Assembly (NCBI GenBank): GCA_027024255.1
Contig: JALVSQ010000011.1
Span: 1-46,366 of the forward strand
DNA length: 46,366 bases
From: Candidatus Micrarchaeota archaeon
Lineage (GTDB): Archaea; Micrarchaeota; Micrarchaeia; Anstonellales; J096
Reading direction: 5' to 3'
The first letter of the stretch is position 1. The number at the start of each line of letters is the position of its first letter. Shown piece by piece: positions 34,997 to 43,370 of this stretch. Made by a program: the position numbers and the translations under genes. The notes below the pieces were generated by a model, which was not told the DNA's origin, ran no database searches, and saw only the letters and a program-made list of their open reading frames with translations.

Positions 34997-35589
34997 GGAA
35001 GTAAGAAGGCAATATTCACCTTAACCAGCTCAAGCTTATCTCTATCTTTTATTTTAATCACCTTGTCATTTATCTCATACTCCTTAACCCCAAGGTCAGA
35101 AAGAAGAGCCTTTATTTTCTCTTTTTCATCCTTTATTACCTTAACGACCTTAACCTTGTATATTACCTCTCTGCCCGCCATAGGATGATTGAAGTCTATC
35201 ATAACCCTCCCATTGCTTATGCTTTTGACAATGCCGTTGACAACTCCGCTTTCTGTTTCAAATGAAACTATGTTTCCTTTTGCAGGAATTACTCCTTTTT
35301 CTTTAAACTGAGATAAAGGAACAACCTTTATCAATTCTTTCTTTCTCTGGCCAAATGCTTCATCAGGACTCAACTTAATCTCTTTTTCATCTCCTTCCTT
35401 CATATCTGCTAAAGCTTTTTTTAATCCAGGAATAAGAACTGCCTTTCCATAAACAACGAGCAAAGGACCTTCTTTTCCGTGCAACTTTTTAGCTAATTCC
35501 CCTTTTGTCGTATCAAAAACATTTCCGTTAACATCTCTGCCTTCAAGTTCTATAAGCACAAAGTCTCCTTCCTCCATATTATCCACCAT
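34975..35589 (-). CDS. FKBP-type peptidyl-prolyl cis-trans isomerase (SlyD-like with insert-in-flap domain)
   Basis: GDFVLIELEGRDVNGNVFDTT...PGLKKALADMKEGDEK...DFNHPMAGREVIYKVKVVKV. Confidence 0.85.
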   Translation of the reverse strand: MVDNMEEGDFVLIELEGRDVNGNVFDTTKGELAKKLHGKEGPLLVVYGKAVLIPGLKKALADMKEGDEKEIKLSPDEAFGQRKKELIKVVPLSQFKEKGVIPAKGNIVSFETESGVVNGIVKSISNGRVMIDFNHPMAGREVIYKVKVVKVIKDEKEKIKALLSDLGVKEYEINDKVIKIKDRDKLELVKVNIAFLLPQYSVEA

Positions 35590-35618
35590 TTAAAAAACTT
35601 TCCAAAGCCACTCTATTT

Positions 35619-36593
35619 ATGGCTGACCAAAATAAATATAAAACTATTGCGCTTTTACTCCTGGTAGCTGTTCTTATAATAGGCGAGATTGCTATTGTGT
35701 TTAGAGGGAATATTAATATAAAGCCAAAGAGCGAGTACATCCAAGGCATTGCAAAAGCAGAGTACAAACTGGTTAGTTATAAACCTGTTGTTAAGGTTAT
35801 AGGCAACCTCACAGAAGATGAAAGACTTGCATTAAAGAACATCTCAGATATTGATGAGATAAATGGAACAACAATCCTGTTTTTAAAAGACCCATATGAT
35901 ATAGAAAAGGTCAAAAGCATTGTAAAAGATAAGGACATATTTGCAAAAGCAGAGTTCTCTCCTGCTGGCCTTGCACTGCTCAATGGCCAGACATTTAACA
36001 TAAGCCTTCCTTTTTCATTCTACATAAAACCTGACTTACCTGTAAATGCAACTGTTGAATTTGAATTTGAGGCTATTGGGCAAAATGGAGTGATAGTTGC
36101 CACAGGCTCCCCCAAATTCACTTACTATCAAAAACAGCTGAGTGTTGAAGGTACTGTTGTAAACACAACCAACGAAATGTATCTCTACATTGTAGATTTT
36201 GAAAACAGAAGTTTGGTTAAGGAATTCAACGGAACTGTTAACAATGTAGTAAAGAATATTGTACCAAAAAAAGTCGATTACGCAACATACATAGGTGAAG
36301 ATTATATAATAGTAAATGAAAGCGTCAACAAAACAACCATACTTAAAGATTTTCCAGATGCTGTTTTTGAAGATTCTTATATCTATTCTAAGGCTCCTTT
36401 AAACATTTCGTTTGCTAAAAAACTTGAGAAAGTAAAGAAATGCCACATTAAACTTCACAGCTACTTTGACTTAGCAAAAGATGAAATTGAGGAAAGTTGT
36501 GAAAAAGATATCGGTGATAAAGTGAATGTAACCATAAATGCCTTAATTTCAGGAAATACAATTCTTGATTTCAACATAATTAAGATTGTTTGA
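35619..36593 (+). CDS. putative membrane-anchored surface glycoprotein
   Basis: Has an N-terminal TM anchor. I count 12 N-x-S/T sequons in 324 aa. No family recognised. Confidence 0.5.
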   Translation: MADQNKYKTIALLLLVAVLIIGEIAIVFRGNINIKPKSEYIQGIAKAEYKLVSYKPVVKVIGNLTEDERLALKNISDIDEINGTTILFLKDPYDIEKVKSIVKDKDIFAKAEFSPAGLALLNGQTFNISLPFSFYIKPDLPVNATVEFEFEAIGQNGVIVATGSPKFTYYQKQLSVEGTVVNTTNEMYLYIVDFENRSLVKEFNGTVNNVVKNIVPKKVDYATYIGEDYIIVNESVNKTTILKDFPDAVFEDSYIYSKAPLNISFAKKLEKVKKCHIKLHSYFDLAKDEIEESCEKDIGDKVNVTINALISGNTILDFNIIKIV

Positions 36594-39500
36594 AGTGCAC
36601 AACCTTTGAAGCATCTTTTACCCTTGCAACACCTATAACTGCATCCGCTTTTTTTATTACCCTCTCGTTATGGCTCACAAGTATAAACTGGGTTCCATAC
36701 TCTTTGTTTATAGAATGGATGAGTTCTGGCATTCTCTCGCTATTGACAACATCTAAGGCCGCATCAACCTCATCTAAAATGTAGAAAGGAGATGGCCTTG
36801 TAAACTGCATGGCAAATATGAGCATTAAAGCAAGGAGTGTTTTTTCTCCTCCTGAAAGGCTCATAATGTTTTCTTTAACACCATTGGGTCTTGTAAGGCT
36901 TATGTGAAGGCCTGCGTTGAATGGGTCCTCTAAATTATCAAGGTAAAGCTCAGCAATGCCAAAGTTTGGAATACCCTCTGAAATCTTCTTTAAGTTCTCA
37001 TTAACTTCATCAAGAGCTTTGAGGAGAGCCTCCTTCTTCCTCTTATCAATCTCATTCATCAGCTCTATTATGCTATCCTTCTCAACCTTCAACTTCTCTA
37101 TTTTTTCTTTTATTTCTCCAACTTCATCAAACAGTTTATAGTAAAGTTCCTTTGCAGCAAAGTTTATGTTTTGCATATTGGCCAACTTTTGACTTAACTC
37201 TTTCATCTCATTCTCCAGCTTTGAATTCGGCTCTTTTAACTCAATACCGTTTATTTCCTTAATTGATTTTTCAAGTTCTTCAACCTTGACATTCAACCCG
37301 CTTAACTCCACATCTATCTTATTTAACTCCTTCTCAACCTTTGAAAGTTTATCTCTGCTCCTCTTTTCCTCTTCTCCAAGTTTTTGGAGTTCCTTTTCCA
37401 TATCTGCTATTCTTTCCATCAATTCATCTAATTTCTTGCTTGTAGCTCTAAATTCATTCTCCTTAAACTTTAGCTCACCTTCCAAAAGCCTGTAATCATC
37501 ACTTATTTGCCTCATCTCTTTCCTTAACCTTTCAACTTCTTTTGAGAGTTCTTTCATTTTCTTGGTTTTAAGCCCTAACTCTCTCTTCAAATTGTTGAAA
37601 GTTGAGAGAAGTGATTTCGCCTTCTCCAACAGCATGGCTTTTATGCTTGCCTGCTCCATTGCTTTTCTCTCACTCTCTTCTAACTCAACTTTGAATTTTT
37701 TAAATAAAGTGTCTCTTTCCTCCTTCTTCTTGGTTAATGTTTTCTCAATATTTTTTATTTTCTCATTTAAAGTGTGGAGCTCTTTTTTAAGGCTCTCTTC
37801 CTGATTAACCAGCTTGCTGTACTCCTTCTTCAAAAAACTGAGCTTCTGCTTTGCCTTCTCAATCCTTGCTCTTTCTTCTTTCTGTTGAGCAATATTAGCT
37901 TCGACTCTTGCCTTCTCAGCCCTCAAATCGTTCAACTCCTTCCTTAAATCTCTGAGTTGTTCTATTAAACTACTTCTCTCATCTATGAGCGATTTAAGCT
38001 TTTTTTCAAGCTCTGCTATTAACTTACCTGCTGTTAAACTTGACTTTGATTTGCCCCCACTGACAACTCCACTCTGTTCAAACAGCTCTCCTTTAAGCGT
38101 AACTGCTCTGTGCTTACCAACCATTCTCTTTCCTTCCTCAAACGAGCTAACCAGAACTGTATCTCCAAACACGTAATCCAGAACTATGGAAAGGCCTGAC
38201 TCTATTTCAACGAGGTCTTTAATGAAGGTAACATCTCCTTCTTTAATTCTATTAACTTTCAAGTCCTCAACAGGGATCAAAGTAACTCTGCCTGCTTTTG
38301 CATTCCTCAACGCATCTATAACCTTTTTAGCTACATTCAGGTTTTTAACAACAAAATATGTCAGTCTGGAACCTCCTGCTGCCTCAACAGCCTCAGCAAT
38401 CTCATTATCAAATTTTATTAAATCAATTACCCTTCCGTAAATGCCCTCAATTTTACCACTTGTTTTGAGTTCCTCTACAAAGTAATGGGCAGGATTTACC
38501 CTCGTTTGAGAGCTTGCCCTTAAAACAGCTAATCTTTCTCTGATTTTTATAATTTCTTTATCTTTCTCCGATAACCTGTTGTTGATGGCTCTCTCATCTT
38601 CAAAGCTTTTTCTTATCAAGCCGTCTATCTCCTTTAACCTTTTCTCCAGGTCTTCCTTCGAACTTAAAGAAAGGCTCTGCAATTCATCAATTTCATTAAT
38701 TAAATCTGAAAGTTTAGATGTTACTGAATTCAACCTCTCTTCTTTAATGGCTCTTTCTTTCTCTAAAGCATTAAGTTCTGTCGTAAGGCTTTCTATATCT
38801 GCATTGAGTCTTGCAAGTTTTTCATCTTCTTTCTTTATCTTTTCAACCTTTATTGATTCTGCCTTTTTCTTTGCTTCCCTGCCTTCGACTTCAGCCTTCT
38901 TCATCTCTTCCTGCAATCTATCTATCTCCTCTTTTAAGCCCTTTAACTCCTCTTCCTTATCAAATACAGCTTTTTCAAGCATACTTGCCTTTTCCTTTTT
39001 TACCTTTAACTCTGCCTTTAACTGCTCGATTTCTTGAAATAACTTATTTCTCTTGGTTTTTTCCTCAACTTCTTTTGAAAGTAAAGACCTCTCATTCATC
39101 AACTCCTCAATTTTCTTTTCCAGAATTTTTATCGTCTCCTCCAGTTTTGCCTTCTCTATATTTAATTCCTCTTTCCTTGAATTGAGGAAATCAATTCTCT
39201 TAGTTATCCTTCTGATTTCTCTTATGGTCAAAGTGTATTTAATGCTATCCAGCCTTTCTTTCATTTTTATGTAAGCCTCTGCCTCTTCCTTTTCCTTCTT
39301 CAATTGCTCTAAATAACTCATTTTTTCTCCTAAAACAAGGTTTGTCTCCCTTATCCTTTGCTCAACCACACCTAACTCTCTCAACGCTTCTTCCTTCTTT
39401 TTCTCATAAGAAGCAACACCTGCAACATCTTCAAGAAATTTTCTCTTTTCCTTTGGATGCATTCTAACAATGCTTTCAACCTCTCCCTGACCTATGGTTG

Positions 39501-39873
39501 CTCTACCTGAATGACTTAACCCATGGCTTATCTTAAAGTCATAGATATCTCTCTGCCTGACTCTCTTCCCGTTAATGTAATATTTCACCTTACCTTTTGT
39601 ATCTATCTTCCTCACCAACTCATATTCTTTTCCCTGGTCTTCCAGAACCAGCTTAACAGTAGCAGACTCCTTCCCTCTATGAACAAGTTCTCTAACATTC
39701 TTTGCCCTGAGGACCTTCAAAGATGTTTCACCCAAGGCAAACCTGATAGCATCGCATACATTGCTCTTTCCAGAGCCGTTGGGACCAACAAGAGCATTTA
39801 TGCTGGGTAAAAATGTGATTGATGCATCTTTGAACGATTTAAAATTTTTCAAAACAACCTTCTTTATATACAC
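36580..39873 (-). CDS. smc: chromosome segregation protein SMC
   Basis: Walker A GPNGSGKSN, two long coiled coils flanking a hinge (about residues 480-600), LSGGEKTL, Walker B YILDEVDAALD. 1097 aa. Confidence 0.9.
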   Translation of the reverse strand: MYIKKVVLKNFKSFKDASITFLPSINALVGPNGSGKSNVCDAIRFALGETSLKVLRAKNVRELVHRGKESATVKLVLEDQGKEYELVRKIDTKGKVKYYINGKRVRQRDIYDFKISHGLSHSGRATIGQGEVESIVRMHPKEKRKFLEDVAGVASYEKKKEEALRELGVVEQRIRETNLVLGEKMSYLEQLKKEKEEAEAYIKMKERLDSIKYTLTIREIRRITKRIDFLNSRKEELNIEKAKLEETIKILEKKIEELMNERSLLSKEVEEKTKRNKLFQEIEQLKAELKVKKEKASMLEKAVFDKEEELKGLKEEIDRLQEEMKKAEVEGREAKKKAESIKVEKIKKEDEKLARLNADIESLTTELNALEKERAIKEERLNSVTSKLSDLINEIDELQSLSLSSKEDLEKRLKEIDGLIRKSFEDERAINNRLSEKDKEIIKIRERLAVLRASSQTRVNPAHYFVEELKTSGKIEGIYGRVIDLIKFDNEIAEAVEAAGGSRLTYFVVKNLNVAKKVIDALRNAKAGRVTLIPVEDLKVNRIKEGDVTFIKDLVEIESGLSIVLDYVFGDTVLVSSFEEGKRMVGKHRAVTLKGELFEQSGVVSGGKSKSSLTAGKLIAELEKKLKSLIDERSSLIEQLRDLRKELNDLRAEKARVEANIAQQKEERARIEKAKQKLSFLKKEYSKLVNQEESLKKELHTLNEKIKNIEKTLTKKKEERDTLFKKFKVELEESERKAMEQASIKAMLLEKAKSLLSTFNNLKRELGLKTKKMKELSKEVERLRKEMRQISDDYRLLEGELKFKENEFRATSKKLDELMERIADMEKELQKLGEEEKRSRDKLSKVEKELNKIDVELSGLNVKVEELEKSIKEINGIELKEPNSKLENEMKELSQKLANMQNINFAAKELYYKLFDEVGEIKEKIEKLKVEKDSIIELMNEIDKRKKEALLKALDEVNENLKKISEGIPNFGIAELYLDNLEDPFNAGLHISLTRPNGVKENIMSLSGGEKTLLALMLIFAMQFTRPSPFYILDEVDAALDVVNSERMPELIHSINKEYGTQFILVSHNERVIKKADAVIGVARVKDASKVVHFKQS

Positions 39874-39964
39874 AGGTGAATTTATCTGAGATGTGTTTTT
39901 AAATGTATTTTAAGGGCATCTTAAAGTTTTTAAACTCGTTTATTCACATTTAAGCGGTGGTTTT

Positions 39965-41341
39965 ATGATTAAAATAGGAAAGGTAAGCAATACATTCGCT
40001 TATTTTGTAAGGAAAGGCAAACACCCAAAGAACATTGAAAAGATGCTTAAAAAAATAAAATTTAAGGCTGATGAACTTAATACGGATGTATTTAGAGCAG
40101 GCAATAAAAAGTACATATTCATAGGTATTGGGAGCAAAAAAGGTGATATTTTAAGGAAGGCTATTGCCAAAGCATTATCTATTGAAGGGAAGATAACGTA
40201 CATCCCAAATGATTTAGATATTGAAGAACAGATAAGACTGGTTGTAGAAGGGGCTGTTCTTTACTCTTTAAAGTTCGATGAGTTCAAGGCAAAGAGGGAC
40301 AAAAAAAGGTACGTGTTAGGCCTGATGGTAGATAGGAAGTTTAAAAGGTTTATTAATAAAGTAAAGGTAATCGCTGAAAGTCAGAATTATGCAAGAAGGC
40401 TTGCAGGTTTGCCTCCGAACATAGGCACTCCTGAATACATGGTTAAGGAGGCAAGGGAACTCGCAAAAAAACTTGGATTAAGCATAAAGGTGTTTGATAA
40501 AAAAGCATTGAAAAGGAAAGGAATGAACGCTATTCTCTCAGTTAATGCTGGAAGCGACAAAGGAGCATTCATAGTTCACCTTACCTATAAACCAGAGAAG
40601 CCCAGGATAAAGGTGGCAATTGCAGGCAAAGGCATTACATTTGATGCTGGTGGGCTGGATGTAAAGCCTGCAAGGTACATGTTCAACATGCATTTAGATA
40701 AAACAGGAGCTTGCGTTGCTCTTGGAGTAATAAGAGCTGTTGCTCTATTAAAGATGCCTGTTGAAGTTCATGTTGTTATAGGCTTAACCGAGAATGTTAT
40801 AGGAAGCAAAGCATACAAACCAAACAGCATAATTAAAGCCTATAATGGAAAAACAATAGAAATTCTGCATACAGATGCTGAGGGAAGGCTTGTCCTTGCT
40901 GATGTGTTGAGTTACATAAGCAAAGATATAAAGCCCAATTACACATTTGACTTTGCAACACTAACAGGAGCAATGTCAATAAGCCTTGGAAAGTACGCCA
41001 TTGGTGCCTTTTCAAACGATAAGTGCCTATCTGAATTAGCTAAAAAAATAGGTGAAAAAGCAGGTGAAAAAGCATGGCCCTTCCCTATGTGGGAAGAGTA
41101 CAATGAGATGTTGAAAAGTGATTTTGCCGATGTTAAAAACATAGGTTCATGGAACGGAGATGCAGGTTCAATAACAGCAGCAAAGTTCTTAGAGCATTTT
41201 GTTAAAGGGAAATGGCTACACTTTGACATCGCATCAATGATGATTGCTGAAAAACACCCTTATTACAGAACAGGACCTATTGCTCCTGGCGTAAGGTTGC
41301 TCGTTAACATGTTAGAGGTGCTTGAAAATGGATGCAGATAG
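39965..41341 (+). CDS. pepA: M17-family leucyl aminopeptidase
   Basis: AGKGITFDAGGLDVKP and LHTDAEGRLVLAD are the M17 metal-binding signatures. Confidence 0.85.
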   Translation: MIKIGKVSNTFAYFVRKGKHPKNIEKMLKKIKFKADELNTDVFRAGNKKYIFIGIGSKKGDILRKAIAKALSIEGKITYIPNDLDIEEQIRLVVEGAVLYSLKFDEFKAKRDKKRYVLGLMVDRKFKRFINKVKVIAESQNYARRLAGLPPNIGTPEYMVKEARELAKKLGLSIKVFDKKALKRKGMNAILSVNAGSDKGAFIVHLTYKPEKPRIKVAIAGKGITFDAGGLDVKPARYMFNMHLDKTGACVALGVIRAVALLKMPVEVHVVIGLTENVIGSKAYKPNSIIKAYNGKTIEILHTDAEGRLVLADVLSYISKDIKPNYTFDFATLTGAMSISLGKYAIGAFSNDKCLSELAKKIGEKAGEKAWPFPMWEEYNEMLKSDFADVKNIGSWNGDAGSITAAKFLEHFVKGKWLHFDIASMMIAEKHPYYRTGPIAPGVRLLVNMLEVLENGCR

Positions 41342-41342
41342 A

Positions 41343-41894
41343 ATGTTAATAATTGGCATAATTATCTCCATATTTTTGATAATAGGTATCGTGTTTTACA
41401 TAAACATCTCAACACCAAAAGGATTGAGCGATATCGAAAGAGAGAAACTGGAAAAGGTTATTGTGGAAGACGCATCTCAAAGATATCCAGATGCTGATAT
41501 AGTGGAGATAATTGACAGGAAGAGAATAAACAATACTTATGAATTTAAAGTAAGGGTAACATGGAATTACACAAGCATATGCCCAATTAGATACCATCTC
41601 TACTATTATTATCCTTCACAGCATCTTGTTCCAAAATTGCCTGAGAAGATACTAAGCAACTGCGATTTTTGTAAAGAAGGTAATTGCATAATAGCATTTG
41701 AGGAAGAGGCAATACAGGCAAGCGTTAATATGCCTGAATGTAAAAAAGTGAGGGAATTTGTTGAAGAAAAGAATGCATTGCCAGAGGTAAAGAAAGTAGG
41801 TAATCTCTGGGTTGTAAAGTGGAGTTCTGTTGATGAGAGCTATGTGGTAACAATAAGTGAAGATGGAAAGTTAAAGGGTATTGAAAAGATATAA
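41343..41894 (+). CDS. hypothetical membrane-anchored Cys-containing protein
   Basis: N-terminal TM segment (MLIIGIIISIFLIIGIVF) and several Cys residues in the extracytoplasmic part. Alternative starts at 41322 (TTG) and 41328 (ATG) overlap the pepA end. Confidence 0.5.
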   Translation: MLIIGIIISIFLIIGIVFYINISTPKGLSDIEREKLEKVIVEDASQRYPDADIVEIIDRKRINNTYEFKVRVTWNYTSICPIRYHLYYYYPSQHLVPKLPEKILSNCDFCKEGNCIIAFEEEAIQASVNMPECKKVREFVEEKNALPEVKKVGNLWVVKWSSVDESYVVTISEDGKLKGIEKI

Positions 41895-41953
41895 ACTTCA
41901 ATTTTTTTAGGTTTTATTGGAGTTACTTCAAAAAATTGCTAAAAAATTGGAGT
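41891..41953. repeat. 63-nt structured repeat, left copy
   Basis: It shares a 29-nt perfect core (41918-41946, TGGAGTTACTTCAAAAAATTGCTAAAAAA) with 43018-43046 and about 50/63 identity overall. Internal inverted arms are 41895-41906 and 41942-41953 (11/12). It overlaps the stop codon of the ATPase gene. Confidence 0.85.
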
Positions 41954-42964
41954 AAATTTAATTAATGGGTCTGCAAGCAAATATCTACCTTCAACTTTCT
42001 CAACAAAGCCGTAATTAAAGAGGTCTCTTAATATGCTTGAAAGGCTGCTGTCACCAATCTTTATACCTTTTGAATAAATAAATGATTTGATGTCAGTCCA
42101 TTTGGTGTAATTTAAAGATATGGCCTTTAAAGCATACATGATAGCTTTTTTGTTCTTCTTTGAAGATATAAAGTGAAGGAGTTCTGATTTCAATATTGGT
42201 TTAGCAAGCTCTATAACTTTTTTCTTTGCCTCCTCATGACTCATTTCCAATCTGTAATAACCGTAGTACGTTAACCAGCCAATAAGCCCATCAAATGTGG
42301 CAACAGCATCCTCAAGTTCATCAAAGTTTATTGACCTGTTTAGTTGAGAAAAACCCTGAACAAGGAAGGACAATGCTTTCTCTTTAGTCAATCTCTTTAC
42401 TTCAATAAGCTTTACTACTCTTCCTGCTAAGGGTGAATCTCCACTTCCAATTATTTTGTCTAAGATTCCAACTTCACTACCTGAAACAACAAGTTTTATG
42501 TTGCTGTAATTATCATAAACAGAGGATAAAAATGCATCTGCATGCTTAACAAGCTGGACTTCATCTATGAAAATAACTCCTTCCTTTTTGTATTTCCTCA
42601 ATAAAGAGTTGAGTCTTTTCAAAGAAATTTCGTAGTTAAGAGAGAGGTTCAATCCTTTTATAGAGAGAGATTTTATTCTCTTCCTGACCTTCTCTGCTAT
42701 GTTTATTTGCTCAACCATTTCAGCACAACCCATCTCAACAAGTGTGGAAAAAGGAGTCATTAAAGCATCTCTTCCATCAATCCATGTTTTAGGCATGTTA
42801 ATAGAATTAAAAGCAACTCTCATCAAAGATGTTTTGCCAACCCTCCTGACGCCTTTTATTACAATTATCCTGTTCCTTTTGATGCCCTCTATCAAAGATG
42901 AAAGTTCCTTTTCGTAGTTGAACAAATCCTCTCTTCTGCTTTTGGGCATTATATCAAAGAACAT
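41939..42964 (-). CDS. archaeal ATPase family protein (AAA+ with DUF234-like C-terminal wHTH)
   Basis: The N-terminal F.DR..EL..L pattern, Walker A GVRRVGKTSL, Walker B VIFIDEVQ and the C-terminal wHTH-like tail are typical of the Arch_ATPase family. Confidence 0.8.
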   Translation of the reverse strand: MFFDIMPKSRREDLFNYEKELSSLIEGIKRNRIIVIKGVRRVGKTSLMRVAFNSINMPKTWIDGRDALMTPFSTLVEMGCAEMVEQINIAEKVRKRIKSLSIKGLNLSLNYEISLKRLNSLLRKYKKEGVIFIDEVQLVKHADAFLSSVYDNYSNIKLVVSGSEVGILDKIIGSGDSPLAGRVVKLIEVKRLTKEKALSFLVQGFSQLNRSINFDELEDAVATFDGLIGWLTYYGYYRLEMSHEEAKKKVIELAKPILKSELLHFISSKKNKKAIMYALKAISLNYTKWTDIKSFIYSKGIKIGDSSLSSILRDLFNYGFVEKVEGRYLLADPLIKFTPIF

Positions 42965-42990
42965 GTATTAAATGTTAAGGCAAATATTTA

Positions 42991-43053
42991 AATAACTTCA
43001 GTTTTTCTAAATTTTTCTGGAGTTACTTCAAAAAATTGCTAAAAAACTGAAGT
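42991..43053. repeat. 63-nt structured repeat, right copy
   Basis: It lies exactly 1100 bp from the left copy. Perfect 12-nt inverted arms at 42995-43006 and 43042-43053. It directly abuts the 3' end of the SRP RNA. Confidence 0.85.
43041..43046 (-). terminator. oligo-T tract downstream of the SRP RNA
   Basis: On the minus strand, the SRP RNA 3' end is followed by ACTTCAG-TTTTTT. A second T6 run follows 7 nt later. Confidence 0.35.
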
Positions 43054-43319
43054 GGCCGGGCTTCCCGGTTCGCAGGCCTCCTCCCAGGGGTTGCTCCTTA
43101 AAAGCACCTAACACCTGTTTACCCCCTCAAACAAGGGCCATACACCTTAGGGCTGCTCCTTCCGGCCTGACCCGGTTCAGTGTAAGGCCCTTATTGAGAG
43201 GCAGATGCTCATTGATGCCCTTAAGGAGGCTCCCTGAGAGGAGACCCACTCCCCGGGCATTCGGTCCGCCTAAGGGGGATTTGCGGTGCAGGGACCCCCA
43301 GCCCCCACCTAGCCCGGCC
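43054..43319 (-). ncRNA. signal recognition particle (7S) RNA
   Basis: A GC-rich island of about 266 nt. The termini GGCCGGGC and GCCCGGCC pair. The minus-strand read contains the conserved helix-8 core GGGUCAGGCCGGAAGGAGCAGCCC with a GGAA tetraloop. Confidence 0.85.
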
Positions 43320-43341
43320 AATTATAATTAGTTTATTTTGT

Positions 43342-43349
43342 ATTTTAAA
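43342..43349 (-). promoter_or_regulatory. TATA-box-like element upstream of the SRP RNA
   Basis: TTTAAAAT on the minus strand at -30..-23 relative to the proposed 5' end (43319). Confidence 0.4.
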
Positions 43350-43370
43350 TGTTTTGATTCAGAAAGCAGC

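Noticed and set aside
36956-39274. A series of plus-strand ORFs (for example 38579..39037 and 38811..39185) opposite smc
   Set aside because: This is the same antisense low-complexity artefact of a coiled-coil gene. No independent start context or motifs are present.
41918-43046. 29-nt perfect repeats as a possible CRISPR array
   Set aside because: There are only two copies, 1100 bp apart, and the interval is a full protein-coding gene. There is no regular repeat-spacer periodicity.
43127-43321. 64-aa ORF in the GC-rich island
   Set aside because: It lies entirely within the SRP RNA gene. Its G/L/P-rich translation is a consequence of the GC-rich structural RNA.
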